Below, one piece after another: positions 1-17,463 of a stretch of DNA of 64,000 nucleotides (positions are counted from its first letter, which is position 1; every line of letters begins with the position of its first letter). Source of the stretch: the human T2T-CHM13v2.0 reference genome, Homo sapiens; assembly GCF_009914755.1 (NCBI RefSeq), contig NC_060934.1; one strand, 5' to 3'. The position numbers and the translations under genes were made by a program. Below the pieces are notes generated by a model. That model had not been told where the DNA came from and did not search any database. It saw only the letters and a list, made by a program, of their open reading frames with translations.

Positions 1-536
1 AGATGGAGAATGAATGGAGGCTGGAAAGAAATACACCAAAGTGTTAGCAGGGATTATTATCCCTGGGTGGTGTGATTTGGGAAGATTTTTATTTTCTTAA
101 ATAATTTTTTCCTTAACTGGGTTTTCTAAAATTTGTACATGGACCCAGTATTATGTTTTAAATAAGAAAATTGTGAGGTTAGTCTTTGGGACCCTACACA
201 TCCCCTGTCTGCTACCTTTAACCCACTTTCACCATATCTCTCCCACCCCATGTTTCCCAGGTGCTCTTATGGACATACCTGATACCTCAAGGCTAGGGAT
301 AGTTTTCTGTGGTATCTACGTGGATTCCACGCACACAGCCCCATCCTATTTGAGACTTGGCTGAACACACACACTCACCACATTTACATTTTCAATCCAT
401 CCTCTCTGCCCAATCCCCTCCCTTTCTGCCCCCATTTAAGTCACTTACAAGCAGCTGCATTAGTTTCCTAACTGGTCACCTTTCCTTTATCAGTCAGGAT
501 TACATTCAGCTGCAAATAACAGCAAATCCAATTCTA

Positions 537-1191
<655 letters not shown>

Positions 1192-2421
1192 AAGAAATCT
1201 GGGCATAGGAAATTCTCAGATGGAACAGGAAACAGGCCTCTTTCCATCTTTCTGCTCTGCCATTTTTAATATGCATATACAGCTTTTCATCTCATAGTCC
1301 CAATATGGTTGCTATACCTTCAGACCTTACACATGCATTCAGCCAAGAAGGGGAGAGACAAGAACCCTCTTTTATATCTCATTTACCCAAACTATGTATC
1401 ATGGCTATCATTAGCTAGAAGGAATCTTGAGGAAGTTTAGCTGGGTATATTGCTCCCCAAATTGAAATTGGGAAGGAAGAAAATTAGATGGTACTAAGTG
1501 AAAATCAGTTACGTCTACCACAGTCCTATAACAGGAAAGTCAAAGCTTATAGACATTGGGCTTTCAAGACAAGTCCCCTGCCTTCCTTTCTGGCCTTCCC
1601 ACCCTTCTCCTCCTTCTCCTTTGGAGTTATTGGAAGACCTCCCAGTGCTGCATGCTGGCTCATACCTTTGGGCCTTTTTAACTGTTCACATGCAACTACC
1701 TGGAATATCTTCACCCTTGTCCCCTCACTAGAGGAAGAGGGCTACCTAGCATTTGAAATCCCTTCTTATTTAGGGCACTTGCTTTCCTTTTGAACCTAGG
1801 TGTGAGGCTGTAATCCACTCCCAACCCCACTCCCAGCATAGAAGCTGAAAAAGTCACATACTTGCTGTCTCAGCCTCCCTTGCAGCTGAGGAGGCAGCAT
1901 GTGACCTAGACTCGGCCAATCAGATGTGCCCATCTCCAACTTTCAATCAAGAGCTATTATTAATAATACAAAAAGCAGGTAGGATAGAAATCCACCCTTG
2001 CAGTGGGCAGAGGCAACAATGGCACTCACAGGGATTGCCAGGGCCAGAGCTGCAACTGGAGTTTACAGCTGTTCAGCAACGGAACAGTAGGGTCTGCACG
2101 AGACTAATTTTGTGGCGTCATTCTGCTGTGATCTTGGACTCTGCCTACCCTAACTTACTCCTGTTCTACTTTCCAAAAGTGATTTTGCAGCCTTCTTGGC
2201 AATTCTACAAACTATTCAGTATCCTTCCAGTAAGTTCCTATGAGTTTCTGCTTAAATCAGCCCCATTCAAAAAAAAATTTTTTTTGGCTTCCAAAAGTTA
2301 TAGTATAACCCCCTCTCACCCCATCATTGTCTGCTAAGAAAACTCATATTCTTTCAAGTCTCACTTCTTAGGGAAAGCATTCCTGCAAAATCTCCCAGGC
2401 TGATTCAGAAGCCACCCCTTA

Positions 2422-3061
2422 GGCAGGATGCGGTGGCTCACACCTGTAATCCGAGCACTTTGGGAGGCGGAGGTGGGCGGATCAGCTGAGGTCAGGAGTT
2501 CAAGACAAGCCTGGCAAACATGGCAAAACCCTGTCTCTACTAAAAATACAAAAATTAGCTGAGCGTAGTGGTGCACACCTGTAGTCCCAGCTACTCGGGA
2601 GGCTGAGGTAGGAAAATCGCTTGAACCCAGGAGGTGGAGGTTGCAGTGAGCCCAGCATTGCACTCCAGCCTGGGGGACAGAGCAAGACTCCATCTCCAAA
2701 TAAATAAATAAATAAATAAAGCCACCCTATTTTTTATATTTTTTTCTTTTTCTTTTTCTTTCTTTTTTTTTTTTTTCTGAGACAGGGCCTTGCTCTGGTC
2801 ACCCAGACTGGAGTGCAGTGGCAATCACAGCTCACTGCAGCCTCAGCCTCGGACTTAATTGGTCCTCCCACCTCATCCTCCTGAGTAGTTTGGACTGCAG
2901 GTGCACACCACCATGCCTAGCTAAATTTTTTTTATTATTTTTTTGTAGAGACAGGGTCTCACTATGTTGCCCAGGCTGGTCTCAAATTCCTGGCTCAAAG
3001 GATCCTCCCATCTCAGCCTCCCAAAGTGCTGGGATTACAGTCCTGAGCTACAGTGCTTAGC
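2422..3061. mobile_element. Tail-to-tail Alu pair: + 2422-2720 and - 2729-3061
   Basis: First has (TAAA)n tail and TSD aagccaccc; second is antisense AluJ-like. Confidence 0.93.
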
Positions 3062-4289
3062 CTCCAGAAACCCCTTTAATTCTCCCATTTCCTATTATAG
3101 CAAGGCTCACATTGCACTATTTCTGCCTGTTTGTCTTTCTTACCACTAAATGGTAAACTCCCTGAGGATGTGTAAAGGGATCATATCTCTCATTTTTGTG
3201 CCCCTACATACCACAGAAAAGGGACTCAAATTTTTGATGAAGAAACGAATGAATATTCATTTCTTCATCAAAGAAGAAATGCTGAAGTATGGACGTCAGC
3301 ACACATCCAAACTTCACCCCTAGAATGCCCAAAAAAAGTGGGAGAGAAAGGAGGGGCTTAACATGCTGTTCTCCTTTTGAAGGTCACTAATCTTTGCCTT
3401 AGTATAATTTATTGTAATATTGAGTATCCCCCACCTAGAATAGTTTTAATATAAAAGAGGGCAGAGGACAACAGCCTATGTACCCTTCCTTCCCTTTCCA
3501 TATTTTTCCTTACCTTTTCTTCCCATTCTTTGTCTTCTAGCACTGAAAGGGCAGACAGAACCAGGAGGCAAGTACATACAGACCTCTGCCTCCATGGGTC
3601 ACCCCCACCTTTGTCTCCTTGAGAATGTTCACTTTCCAACTGGCCTCCATGCAACTCGAGGTTTAGCTCTCTCCATGGTGAGCAAAGAAAAATCCATGGA
3701 AGGGGTGGGGGTGGATGTGGAAGAGGTTCTGCAGTGCACTCCTCTTCTCAGAGGAAACCATTTCAACTCCTCTTTCCACATTTCTCTTCTCCAGAGTTCT
3801 CTTATCCACTACCAACCCTCCTGTGCATCCCCTCGAGCCAGCTTTTTCTGACCCAACCTCACATGATGCACTGTCTTGAGGATTTTCTCTCAAGACCCCA
3901 GCTTTTTCATTCTTTTATGTTACACAGCAATTCAGCCTTGTCCCTGTGCCTCAACATGCCTGGCAATCAGACCCCTCTTCGAAGGCAGAGGAAGTTATAA
4001 TATCAAGGTCCCCTTCTCCCAAATGTTTTTCTACCTACTTCCTTTAGTAGAAATTAGGTCCTGCAACTTTCTGATCAGTGTTCAAAGGTTTTAAACATAA
4101 ATAGACTGAAGTGAATTTTTTGCAAATTGTAATCAGTTAATCTGTAGAAATGCTAAATTTACAATTATCCTTCCCTTCTAAATCCAGGTCCCAAATCCAT
4201 TCCAGTTTGTGGCATTTCCAGCCATGGAGCAGGATACACCCACTTGGAATGATCCTGATATTTCCCTATTCCTTAACCCATTTCCTATT

Positions 4290-4830
4290 CAACCCAAGTG
4301 CCATTGAGTTTGCCCCTAAATATGCTGAGAATCAACTTTGTTCCATATTTACTACCACCACCCAGTCCAAATCAACACTACCTCTCATCTCAACTACTTC
4401 TCGGCCTCTTAATTATCTCCTCCAATCCACTCTTCCTCCCCTCCAATCTGTTCTCCATAAAATAAATTTTTCTTTTAAAATGCACATTTGGTCTTATAAC
4501 CTTCCTCCTGAGAACTCTTCTGGGGATTTCCATGTGCTTTTACAATAAAGACTAGAATCACTAGCATGACCCCATAGCTCTCCATGATCCTGCATGGCAT
4601 AATTACCGGGCCTCTCCCTGTCATTCTCTAGCCAAATGTACTTTCTTTTCTTTTAGTTCCTTGAAAAGACCAAACTCTTTCCCACCTTAGGAATTCTGTA
4701 CATGTTCCAATGTCTCCCTCCCCATCAAACTGATCAGTCCTCCTTCTTATGTAATTTCATACCATTTTACTCTTTTTCTTCACAACACATCATGCTTTGT
4801 GATATTTTAGTGTGAAATATTTGCTTGTCT
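4290..4830 (+). mobile_element. Degraded L2 fragment
   Basis: ccactcttcctcccctccaatctgttctcca...ctttcccaccttagg..., typical pyrimidine-rich L2 3' region. Confidence 0.55.
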
Positions 4831-6133
4831 CTGTGTGTGTGTACACGTGTGTGTAAAACCACAAAATCCCCTTATCTGCTATTTAATGGGCCTTCAATAA
4901 GTAATATTGTTGAGTGAATTTTGTGATTGTGAGGATCAGAAAGCAAGAGGTCTCAGAACACCTGAAGGGGTGGGAAGCAGAGGGTAAACTGTTTTCCTGC
5001 AGCTTTGGGGATGAATCAAAACTGTGCCTGAAGAGATTTGTGCCCTGAGTGCATAGATCTGCAGGAATATTGCAGCTCAACCATTTGATATATTGCACCA
5101 CTGTTTAGCATGATTTATGAAGCTGTTGTTCTGTTTTAACTCAACATGTTCATTGTAAAGGAGTTTCATCCTCAGAGGTTTCATTAATGGAGGCATTGTT
5201 GTGTAGTGAGGCAGTAGAAAAAGGAAGTGAGAGATAGGGCTGGCCTACAACCTGTGTAAAGCTTGCATTTCAAGTCCCCTCTGGAGGGAATGCCCATTTC
5301 TGGAGTCTTGTTTCCCAATATGCCCATGTCCCCAAAAACATCTGGTCTCAGGCTCTTTCTACATACTGGAGTGCAAACAACTAGTAATAATACCTAAGTC
5401 TTAGCTCCTGCAGGGGTGAGAGAGACAGAGGCTCTGACACTGGAATTTTCAGGTAAAACAGATATCCTGTTCTATCTGAAGCACTGATGAAGAAAACATA
5501 GAGCTTTCAGCTCTTGTTCCAATGACTAGTTTCTTTCCCAATCTGCATGAAGTTGGTCAGTCAAGCTCACCCAGGCTCATAGACTAGAAGCCCCAGGAAA
5601 TGAATTATTTCTGTTTCCTTCCCACCATCTCACACACATGCTCTTAAAATATCCATTCCCTTCCCTTGCCTCGGATCCTGGGTCCTGAGACAAGCTCTCA
5701 CAGCCCAGAGAGTGGTTGTGATGGACTTAGTCTTACCTCAGCTGCTTTGTCTGGTGCTGGGCTGCCAAGGGAGGCATGCATGAGCAAGGCCAGTTCTCCA
5801 TTCATATCTCAGACTATTTAGAAGAATCCAGTGACAGAGGACGTGGCCTGTGGGCTTTATGCTTGTGATGCTTTCTGCTGCTTGAGGTCGGGGTGGAGAA
5901 GAGGCTAGAGCTGACAAGCTTCTCACTCAGGGGCTGAGGTAGGGCACAGCTCCTGTCTGCTGGACTCATAAATCTCCTGGTCCCCACCCCAGGGATCTCA
6001 GAGCCCCCTTTGTTCTTTTAATTTTTATTCTAATAAAACCTCCTACATAACATAGGTCTACAAAGACTCTTGGGGAATATATTTCCCTCCCAAACATATT
6101 CATTTGAGACACAATTATCAAAACATTTGTTCA

Positions 6134-6426
6134 GGCCAGGCGCGGTGGGTTCCACCTGTAATCCCAGCAGTTTGGGAGGCCAAGGCAGGCAGATCACTTG
6201 AGGTCAGGAGTTTGAGACCAGCCTGGCCAACACGGTGAAACCCCGTCTCTACTAAAAACACAAAAACTATCTGGACATGGTGTCGCATGCCTATAATCCC
6301 AGCTACTCGGAAGCTGAAGCCAGAGAATCTCTTAAACCCGGGCAGTGGAGGTTGTAGTGAGCCAAGATTGTGCCACTGCACTCCAGCCTGGGCAACAGAG
6401 CAAGACTCAGTCTCAAAAAAAAAAAA
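6134..6426 (+). mobile_element. Alu (S)
   Basis: Full dimer, TSD ttgttca. Confidence 0.95.
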
Positions 6427-6644
6427 TTGTTCAGCACACGAACTTTAGACACATTTTATCTGACACCGCAAGTCATTCCAAGAGATGAATATACACAGTA
6501 TCCCTCTGAAAGCTACTTGTCTTCCAGATGTAAAGACATCTGTCTCCATCATTGGAGACAGAATGCTAGTGTTTTGAAATAACCTGTGCTTAGGATGTTG
6601 GAGCACAGAAATGCTGCACTTAATTTTGGTACCCACCTCTAGTG

Positions 6645-6859
6645 CAGGGATTAGTTAGCAACTTTTTCTACAGGTCAGCCAGTAAATATTTTAGGTGTTG
6701 CAGGCCATATGGTTTCTGTTGCAACTACTCAACTCTGCCTGTGTATCACAAAAGCAGCCATAGATAATCTGTAAACAAATGAGTGTGACTGTGTTCCAAT
6801 AAAACTTTATTTACAAAAACAGTGGGCTGGATTTGGCCTGTGGCTATAGTTTATTTCTG
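6645..6859. mobile_element. MER58A-like hAT DNA transposon
   Basis: cagg...ctg termini, gcaactactcaactctgcc...tgttccaataaaactttatttacaaaaacag core, 8-bp TSD ctctagtg/ctctagag. Confidence 0.8.
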
Positions 6860-7324
6860 CTCTAGAGGACTCTCCTCACTATAATAAAAAAGTTCTTCCC
6901 AAGTTATCACTGTGAAGATATCATTAAGTGGGACACTGTCAAGAGGCTGGTTGACGTTTCACTAGTTCTTCCTGGTTTATACACATCCAAGAAATCTCAT
7001 TATTTCCATTAACACAAAGATACCAAGAAAGGACATGAATGTTTTTTAAGATCATTTTATCTCAATACATCAGAATGGCCCAAATCCTTCCAGAATCCTC
7101 TCATGTACACTGGGATTGTCTGCTCCACTTGACAGCAGATGGGGTGCAGGTCCTGGAAATGCTTACCTAGTTTCTCCTTTCTCTGTAGTTAGTACTGTAT
7201 CTGCTGTTGTAAACAAAGCTTTTCAGCCCTTGAGCATGTTAAGATGTAACCTGAAACCAGGTTTGCAAGTTTACTTGTGAAGTAATTTGAAGGAATAGGA
7301 AGAATTTGAAGGAATAGGAAAAAC

Positions 7325-7590
7325 AGAGACTTTGAAGTCAGAGCAACCAAGCATCAAATATAGGCTCCTTCCCTTTCTTGCTATGTAACTTTGGGCAGTT
7401 TGCATAACCTCTCTGAGCCTTAATTTCCTTATCCACTAAGTGGTAATAATAATTACTTCTACCTCATGGCATTGTCAGCAGTCACTGCCATTTTCTAAGT
7501 TCTAACCACAGGTCAGGCACTGTGATGAGTGTTCATTCATTTAACATCCAAAACAGACCACAGCTAGTTTATAGATGAGGAAGTGAAGAT
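7325..7590. mobile_element. MIR fragments in both orientations
   Basis: ctatgtaactttgggcagtt...aacctctctgagccttaatttcct and atagatgaggaagtgaag cores. Confidence 0.65.
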
Positions 7591-8047
7591 GAGATCACAT
7601 GCTGGTATTCTCTTCCCCTTTCACCAGAATGGGTCCCTCATAGAGGTATCTGCAACCAACTCAAGGGAGCCACTGGACAGGGATAAAAAAAGGCCATTTG
7701 ACTCATGTTATTGAAGGAGTGGAATGTTCTTTGCTCTTTTGTCTCTCTGAGCTGGATAAAGGGAGGAACAAGTTCCCTGGGAGTTGATGTACAAAGCTGC
7801 CCAGAGTTGACTCTAGCTGAGGATGTGTTTGGGACTGCATGAGGCCATCTCTGAGAGGCTAACAGCAGCTGCTCTGACATTCTCTCTGATCTAGGCCTTT
7901 TTTTTTTTTTTTTTTTTTTGGTGCCTATTATAGCTCATGATTGGTTTTACAATATAATTCCCCAGCCTGTGTAACATTCATCATTCCAGATTCAGCTCTG
8001 AACACTTTTTAAAAAATACATATCAACTGCATGATATGTGTCAATGA

Positions 8048-9196
<1,149 letters not shown>

Positions 9197-11610
9197 ATAC
9201 TCCAGAAAAGCTAGGTATACTAGAAAAACAGTCAAGAATTAAAACACCAAGAATCTTATTTCATGGCAAGACAAAGCAGTGATTTTTGTTATTAAATAAT
9301 ATTAATTTGCTTATTGAATAGGTAATATATTCTCATGGTTCAAAAATCACAGTGGCTCCCTCTCACCCCTGTCCTCCTGCCACCGAGGTCCCCTTCCCAA
9401 AGGCCATCAGTTATCAGTTTCTCACTTTTTATTTCAATGTATTCTTTATGCACATACAAGAACATACATATTGTACACAAATGTTAGCATATTATTCAAA
9501 ATGTTCTGAACCCTGGTTTTGTTATTTAAAGGTATACACTATCTTTCTGTATGAAGAGTTGGCTCATTAAAAGTGGCCTCTGCTAACTCAAATGCCAGCT
9601 GCAGGTAGAGCTCACTGCCTCAGAATAAATAGATCATTATTTATTTAACCAAATCCCTATTGAAGACCATTAAAGTTGTTTCTAATCTTTTGATTTCCCA
9701 AAAACAAATGCTTACTAAAAAAAAAAAAAAAAAAAACTCTTGTATATGTGAGATTTTCTAAAGCAGGAATCTTAACCCAAGTCATCCAGAATTAGAAGGG
9801 GTCAGCCCTTTGTTCAGGTATCAGGAATTGGGCACAAGAAATCACTACAGTCCAGCAGTCCTAGAAAAACAGCCTACGCAAATACCCTAGAAAAAGGAAG
9901 CACACTCACTCCCACCTCAGTCTATTCCATTTCCTGGGAAAAGAAAGAGCCGGAAGGAAAAGTATTCCTTTACCTTATGACTTCTCAAATGAGTCAATTC
10001 TTAGAAACTGTTCCTTTCTTTACTATTTCTGTCTCCTCTCCCTTCTCCTTAGCTCCATAAGCTCCCCAGAAAGACTGGACTTCCTGGAATTTTTTACCAA
10101 CAATTCAAGATGCTCCAGTCATAATTTCTGTGACCATAGCCTCTGCTAACTCAAATACCTTCTGGGTGTAACACTCACTGCCTCTGGCTCAGAAGAGGGA
10201 CAGATAATGACTGGAGTTACAGAGAAAGTAGGTCTGGAGCCTTCCCTGCAGAGTAGCAAGGGTCATTTATAAAGCAAGAGAGGGGTGGGAGATCCATGAG
10301 ACCCACTCTCAGTTCCTGCTTCTGCTTGCAGAACCTTTCAGGGGTGAGATGTATAACTATGAATTTTTTTCAATACCTACATGTATATCATGACACAATC
10401 CCAACTCCTTTGCAAGACCGACTTGAAGGTACATTCATTCTGGAAACCAATTTATTTCTAAAATGCAGTCAAAAAGGCTCAGAGATGCTGTTATCTACTG
10501 CTTCTCCTATTCCTGCTTTTGCCACAAAAATTAGCCAATATATCGTTCAAATCTACTTGTGACTATTTGATTTTGGTTTACATTCATCCAGGCTTGAAAA
10601 ATGACCAGGGCTGAGGCATATTGATGCCTCCTGAGCCACTTATTTCTAGCACATATTAATACATCAGCAATACCTTCAAGTAGTATGTCTTTCTGAATTA
10701 TTCTTTGGGTTTTTTTCCCCCAGTGCTTTTAAAACTTCTTTTTAAAAAATAACACTCAAACCATTTTTCTCAAGATTGTCTCTATAAAACATCCAACCTG
10801 TTACCGGCTAGGCTGTATCTTCACATCTCAGTTTTTTAGTTGCTCTTTTTTACTCTCTATTATTATTACTACTACATTTGAGGATTTCTCAGTGGGGGTA
10901 ATGTTTGGCTACTGGGGAAATAGGGAGGTTTTCATCTTTCCAGCTAAAATCTACCACAAAGCTGTAACATTTTCTTGTCATGACTCTTCGGGCTGCAATG
11001 TTACAGGTTCTGGTGGATGCTGTCTACATTTTTTAAAATATAAAAGTATCAGACTTCTTATATGAGTCAGGGCCTCAGCAGGAAACAGAAAGCACTGTCA
11101 ATTTAGAACAATTCTATTCAGATTTAATAAAAAGACTACAAAGGTATAGGGAGAGTATAAAGAAACCACAAGGGACACTGAGCTGCCATCACCCCTAAGA
11201 AGGGAGAGGGCAGCCACCAGATTCCTGAAGGAGAAAGTTCTGAGGCTAGGGCTGCCCCTGAGGAAGAATAAATATATACTCCTAAATTGCATTGCTAAAG
11301 AGGACACAACCAGGGCAAGGTGATCCTTCTGGGAGGGAGCTGGGGTGGTAATACACCACCTCACTCATCTCCCTTCTTCTGCTCCCCAGTTAGGCCTCCC
11401 TGTTGGCCAAACGCAACTGCTCAGCCTCTGTGTCTGAGAACAGGACACGGAGTGGGTCTGGAAAGACAAACAGGAGATAGCTGGGACTCGGACTTACAAA
11501 AAACCTGGGAAACAGAGAAAATAATCATCCGTAATCCAGCACCTTAACACATTGATCTTTCCTATATTTATATTGTCTAATATATGGTTACATTAAAAAT
11601 TAAATTATTA

Positions 11611-12020
11611 GGGGGATGGTGGCATGTGCTTATAGTCCCAGCTACTCAGGAGGCTAAGGCAGGAGGCTGATGTGGGAGGATCACTGGCGTTCAGGAGTTT
11701 CAGTACAGCCTGGGTAACATAGCAAGACCCTGTCTCAAAAAAAAAAAAAAAAATTGCCAAGGCTGGAGTGCAGTGGCACAATGACAGGTCACTGCATGCA
11801 GCCTTGAGCTCCTGGGCTCAAACCATCCTCCCACCTCAGCCTCCAGAGTAGCCGGAACTAAAAACATGCGTTACCATGCCCAGCTAATTTTTTTCTTTTT
11901 TGCATGGATGGGATCTTGCTATGTTGCCTAGGCTGATCTGTAACTCCTAAGTTCAAGTGATCCTCCTGCCTCTGCCTCACAAAGCACTGGGATTATAGGC
12001 ATGAGCCATTGCCCCCAGCC
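11611..12020. mobile_element. FLAM monomer (+, 11611-11753) fused tail-to-tail with a tail-less antisense AluJ (11754-12020)
   Basis: Monomer ends gaccctgtctc-A20, then directly ttgccaaggctggagtgcagtgg. Confidence 0.85.
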
Positions 12021-13238
12021 CCCACCAAAAAAATTCTTAATTCTATATCTAATCATTTCAAAAAATAAGAATTACAAAATTACAAATTAAATCATTAAAT
12101 CATTGACTATTTCAAACATACAGAGATGCACAAAAGATAACATCATATATTTTGTATTTTTCATTAAAGTTATGGACTTTTTGCTGCTCCTTTGTCTTCA
12201 TAATCATGATTTTTTTTTTATTTTTCCTTTTTGGTTCTGTCTCTGGAGACATAATCATTGTTTTTAACAGCTCTATAGTAGACTACAAAGTAGCTGCATC
12301 AAATTTAAGAAATCAACTGTTGCACACTTAAACTCTTTTTTTCTTTGCATGTAATGTTGTTATGTGTATCTTTATGATACAAGCTTTTTTCCATAATTCG
12401 TGTCATTCCTTTAGCCCTAGATCTATAGTTCCAAGAATGCAAATATTAAGGCAGAGGATATGAACATGTTTATGGCTCTAAATATGTATTTCAAATTGCA
12501 TTGCTAAAGAATTATACCCATGTTTAGGGCCACCAAGAATGTATAAGAAAACTGGAATCATGGAACCCTTGTCTACATTGAGTATTATCACTTACAGCTT
12601 TTTTTCCCCTTTTTTATTTTTTGCTAATTTACTAGGCAAACACACTCAGTTTTGTTTAATTTGCTTTTCTTTGATTACTAGTTGCCACTAAATTGAATTT
12701 GCTATTCAATTTCTGGCTTTCTAACTTTCTACCAAATCAGTTATTAGGCCCTAAAACTGCAGCTGAAATTGATTCTTGGGAGCATCCTTACTGAAACAAT
12801 TGAGCATCACAGTAGTAAGATAGTAATTTAAAAGGAAAGAGGCTAATAAATTTCAAGTTGAGGATATATAGTCTTAATATCTGCTTTTTGGAAAGTTTAT
12901 AACTCTGTTAGATTTTAAGATTTATCTACCCCTTCCCCATTTTACCCAACTTGCCCCACATTCCAGCATTAAAAATAACTGATACAAAGCAAAATGCAAC
13001 CTGAAAGATAACAGTAATTAATTCCCATCACTTTCTGCTCCTCATTGACAGTGTAATGGTTCAGAATCCACTTTGGGAGATATTAGGGGTAGCTAGGCTT
13101 GACTTTCTGATTCTGAGATACATGTGTCTATTGTGGTCTAAACTTTCACTCCTCACTCTTTTCTTACCTTACAGGCTATTTGAGGAAGTATCTTCCTCGA
13201 CCCACCAGGCTCCAAGGCTGTAGAAGGTTCTTCTTCAT

Positions 13239-13408
13239 CAGAGATTCTCAAACATTAGAAGAATCACCTAAGAGAGCTTATTAAAAACACAATCCCTGGA
13301 CCTCACTGTTGGAGATTCTGATTCAGTAGATGTGGGGTGAGCCTAAGAATCTACACTTTTTAAAACAACTGAGATGCAGTGCTGTCCTGATCACACTTTG
13401 GGAAACTA
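13239..13408. mobile_element. MER5-like hAT element
   Basis: cagagattctcaaac...agattctgattcagtag...cacactttgggaaac. Confidence 0.75.
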
Positions 13409-13605
13409 GTATAGATCCTTGAAATAGAAAGCATATCTATACTGAGAATATTCGAGGTGGCAGGGGAAATGAGGCTGGGAGGAGGGAGAAGGGGAATATA
13501 GCCCAGCAACAGCTCCTTCTCAGCCCATTCTCCAAAAGTATCATTGTGGAAAAAACTGTAAGATCATGATTTGGTGGTAGAAAAGGTAATCAGTGTATAG
13601 AAACG

Positions 13606-14050
13606 TTTCTTTTTTTTTTTTTTTTTTTGAGACAGGGTCTCACTTTGTCACCCAGGCTGGAGTGCAGTGGTGCACATCTGTAGTCCCAGCTACGAGGGAG
13701 GCTGAAGGGGGAGGATGGCTTGAACTCAGGAGGTTGAGGCTGAGGCTGCCGTGAGCCATGATCATGCCACTGCACTGTCTCACTCTGTTGCTCAGGCTGA
13801 GCGCGGTGGCGTGATCACGGCTCAATGCAACCTCAACCTCCTGGACCCAAGTGAACCTCCCACCTCAGCCTCCTGAATAGCTGGGAATACAGGCATGCAA
13901 CCATGCCTGGCTGATATTTTAATTTTTTTGTAGAGGTGGAGGGTCTCACTGTGTTGCCTAGCCTGGTCTTGAGCTCCTGGGCTCAAGCAATCCTCCCACC
14001 TCAGCCACCCAAAGTGCTGGGATTGCAGACATGAACCACCATGCCCAGAC
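13606..14050 (-). mobile_element. Mosaic AluJ with an inverted internal segment
   Basis: Antisense 13606-13672, sense right-arm about 13667-13776, antisense restart 13777-14050. Confidence 0.85.
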
Positions 14051-14758
14051 TGTGGCAATATTTTTGTATGCTAAGGATATGGTGGTCAACAAAACAGACA
14101 TATCCCTACCTTGTTGAAGGCCACCATCTAGTGACAATTCATTATAACATCATTTAGTGATATTTAACATATTTTCAGTGTTGTATCACCTATTTCATAA
14201 CATCCTAAAATGTTCATCTAAGCTTCCACATCAATCTTACTTCTGGCCACAATGCTTTCAGATAGCAAAAAGTTTCAGATTCTTGGCACACACATATTCC
14301 CTTTGGGAACAAAAGTATTTCTCTTCTGCACTGACAGCACTGGCCTGGGCAATTGCAGAATTGCTAGATTGTTTAAGATATCTTCAAGCCCCGCTAGGTT
14401 TTATTCATGAAATGTCTGCAGTGGACAACAATAATAGCAGACCACACCGTAGAGTTATAGAAACAACCAGATCTGGAGTCTTTTTGCACCATCACAGCTA
14501 CTTGGAAATGCTTGCTAGGTGGAGTCTTCTGCTACTATTAGCCCAATGCTGCCATCTTGTGGCCATCTAAAGAAACGTGACCAGAGTTTACAGACGTGAA
14601 GATTTTTTTCTGGAGATCATGTAAATATTTTGTGGGGGAGGAGAAACCTTTACACTTCCTTATCATGTCCTCTATCAACTTTTCATCTAGGTAGAACCTA
14701 CTTTGGGAAGCTTTGAAAGTAGAATAAAAAATTCTAAGCAGAGAAGCTTATATCTTAG

Positions 14759-16543
<1,785 letters not shown>

Positions 16544-16717
16544 GTAACAGAGAATCATACCCAAAGTGGACACATAATGAAGGTATTTAGATTATTAGGT
16601 ACCTACACATAATAAAGGTATTTAGATTATTTAGAGGAAGCAGAGAAAAAGAAGAAGAAAAAGAATTTAAGGGAGGAAAGTAGTTAATCTTTATTTTTTA
16701 ATTTTTTATGATAGAGT

Positions 16718-17463
<746 letters not shown>

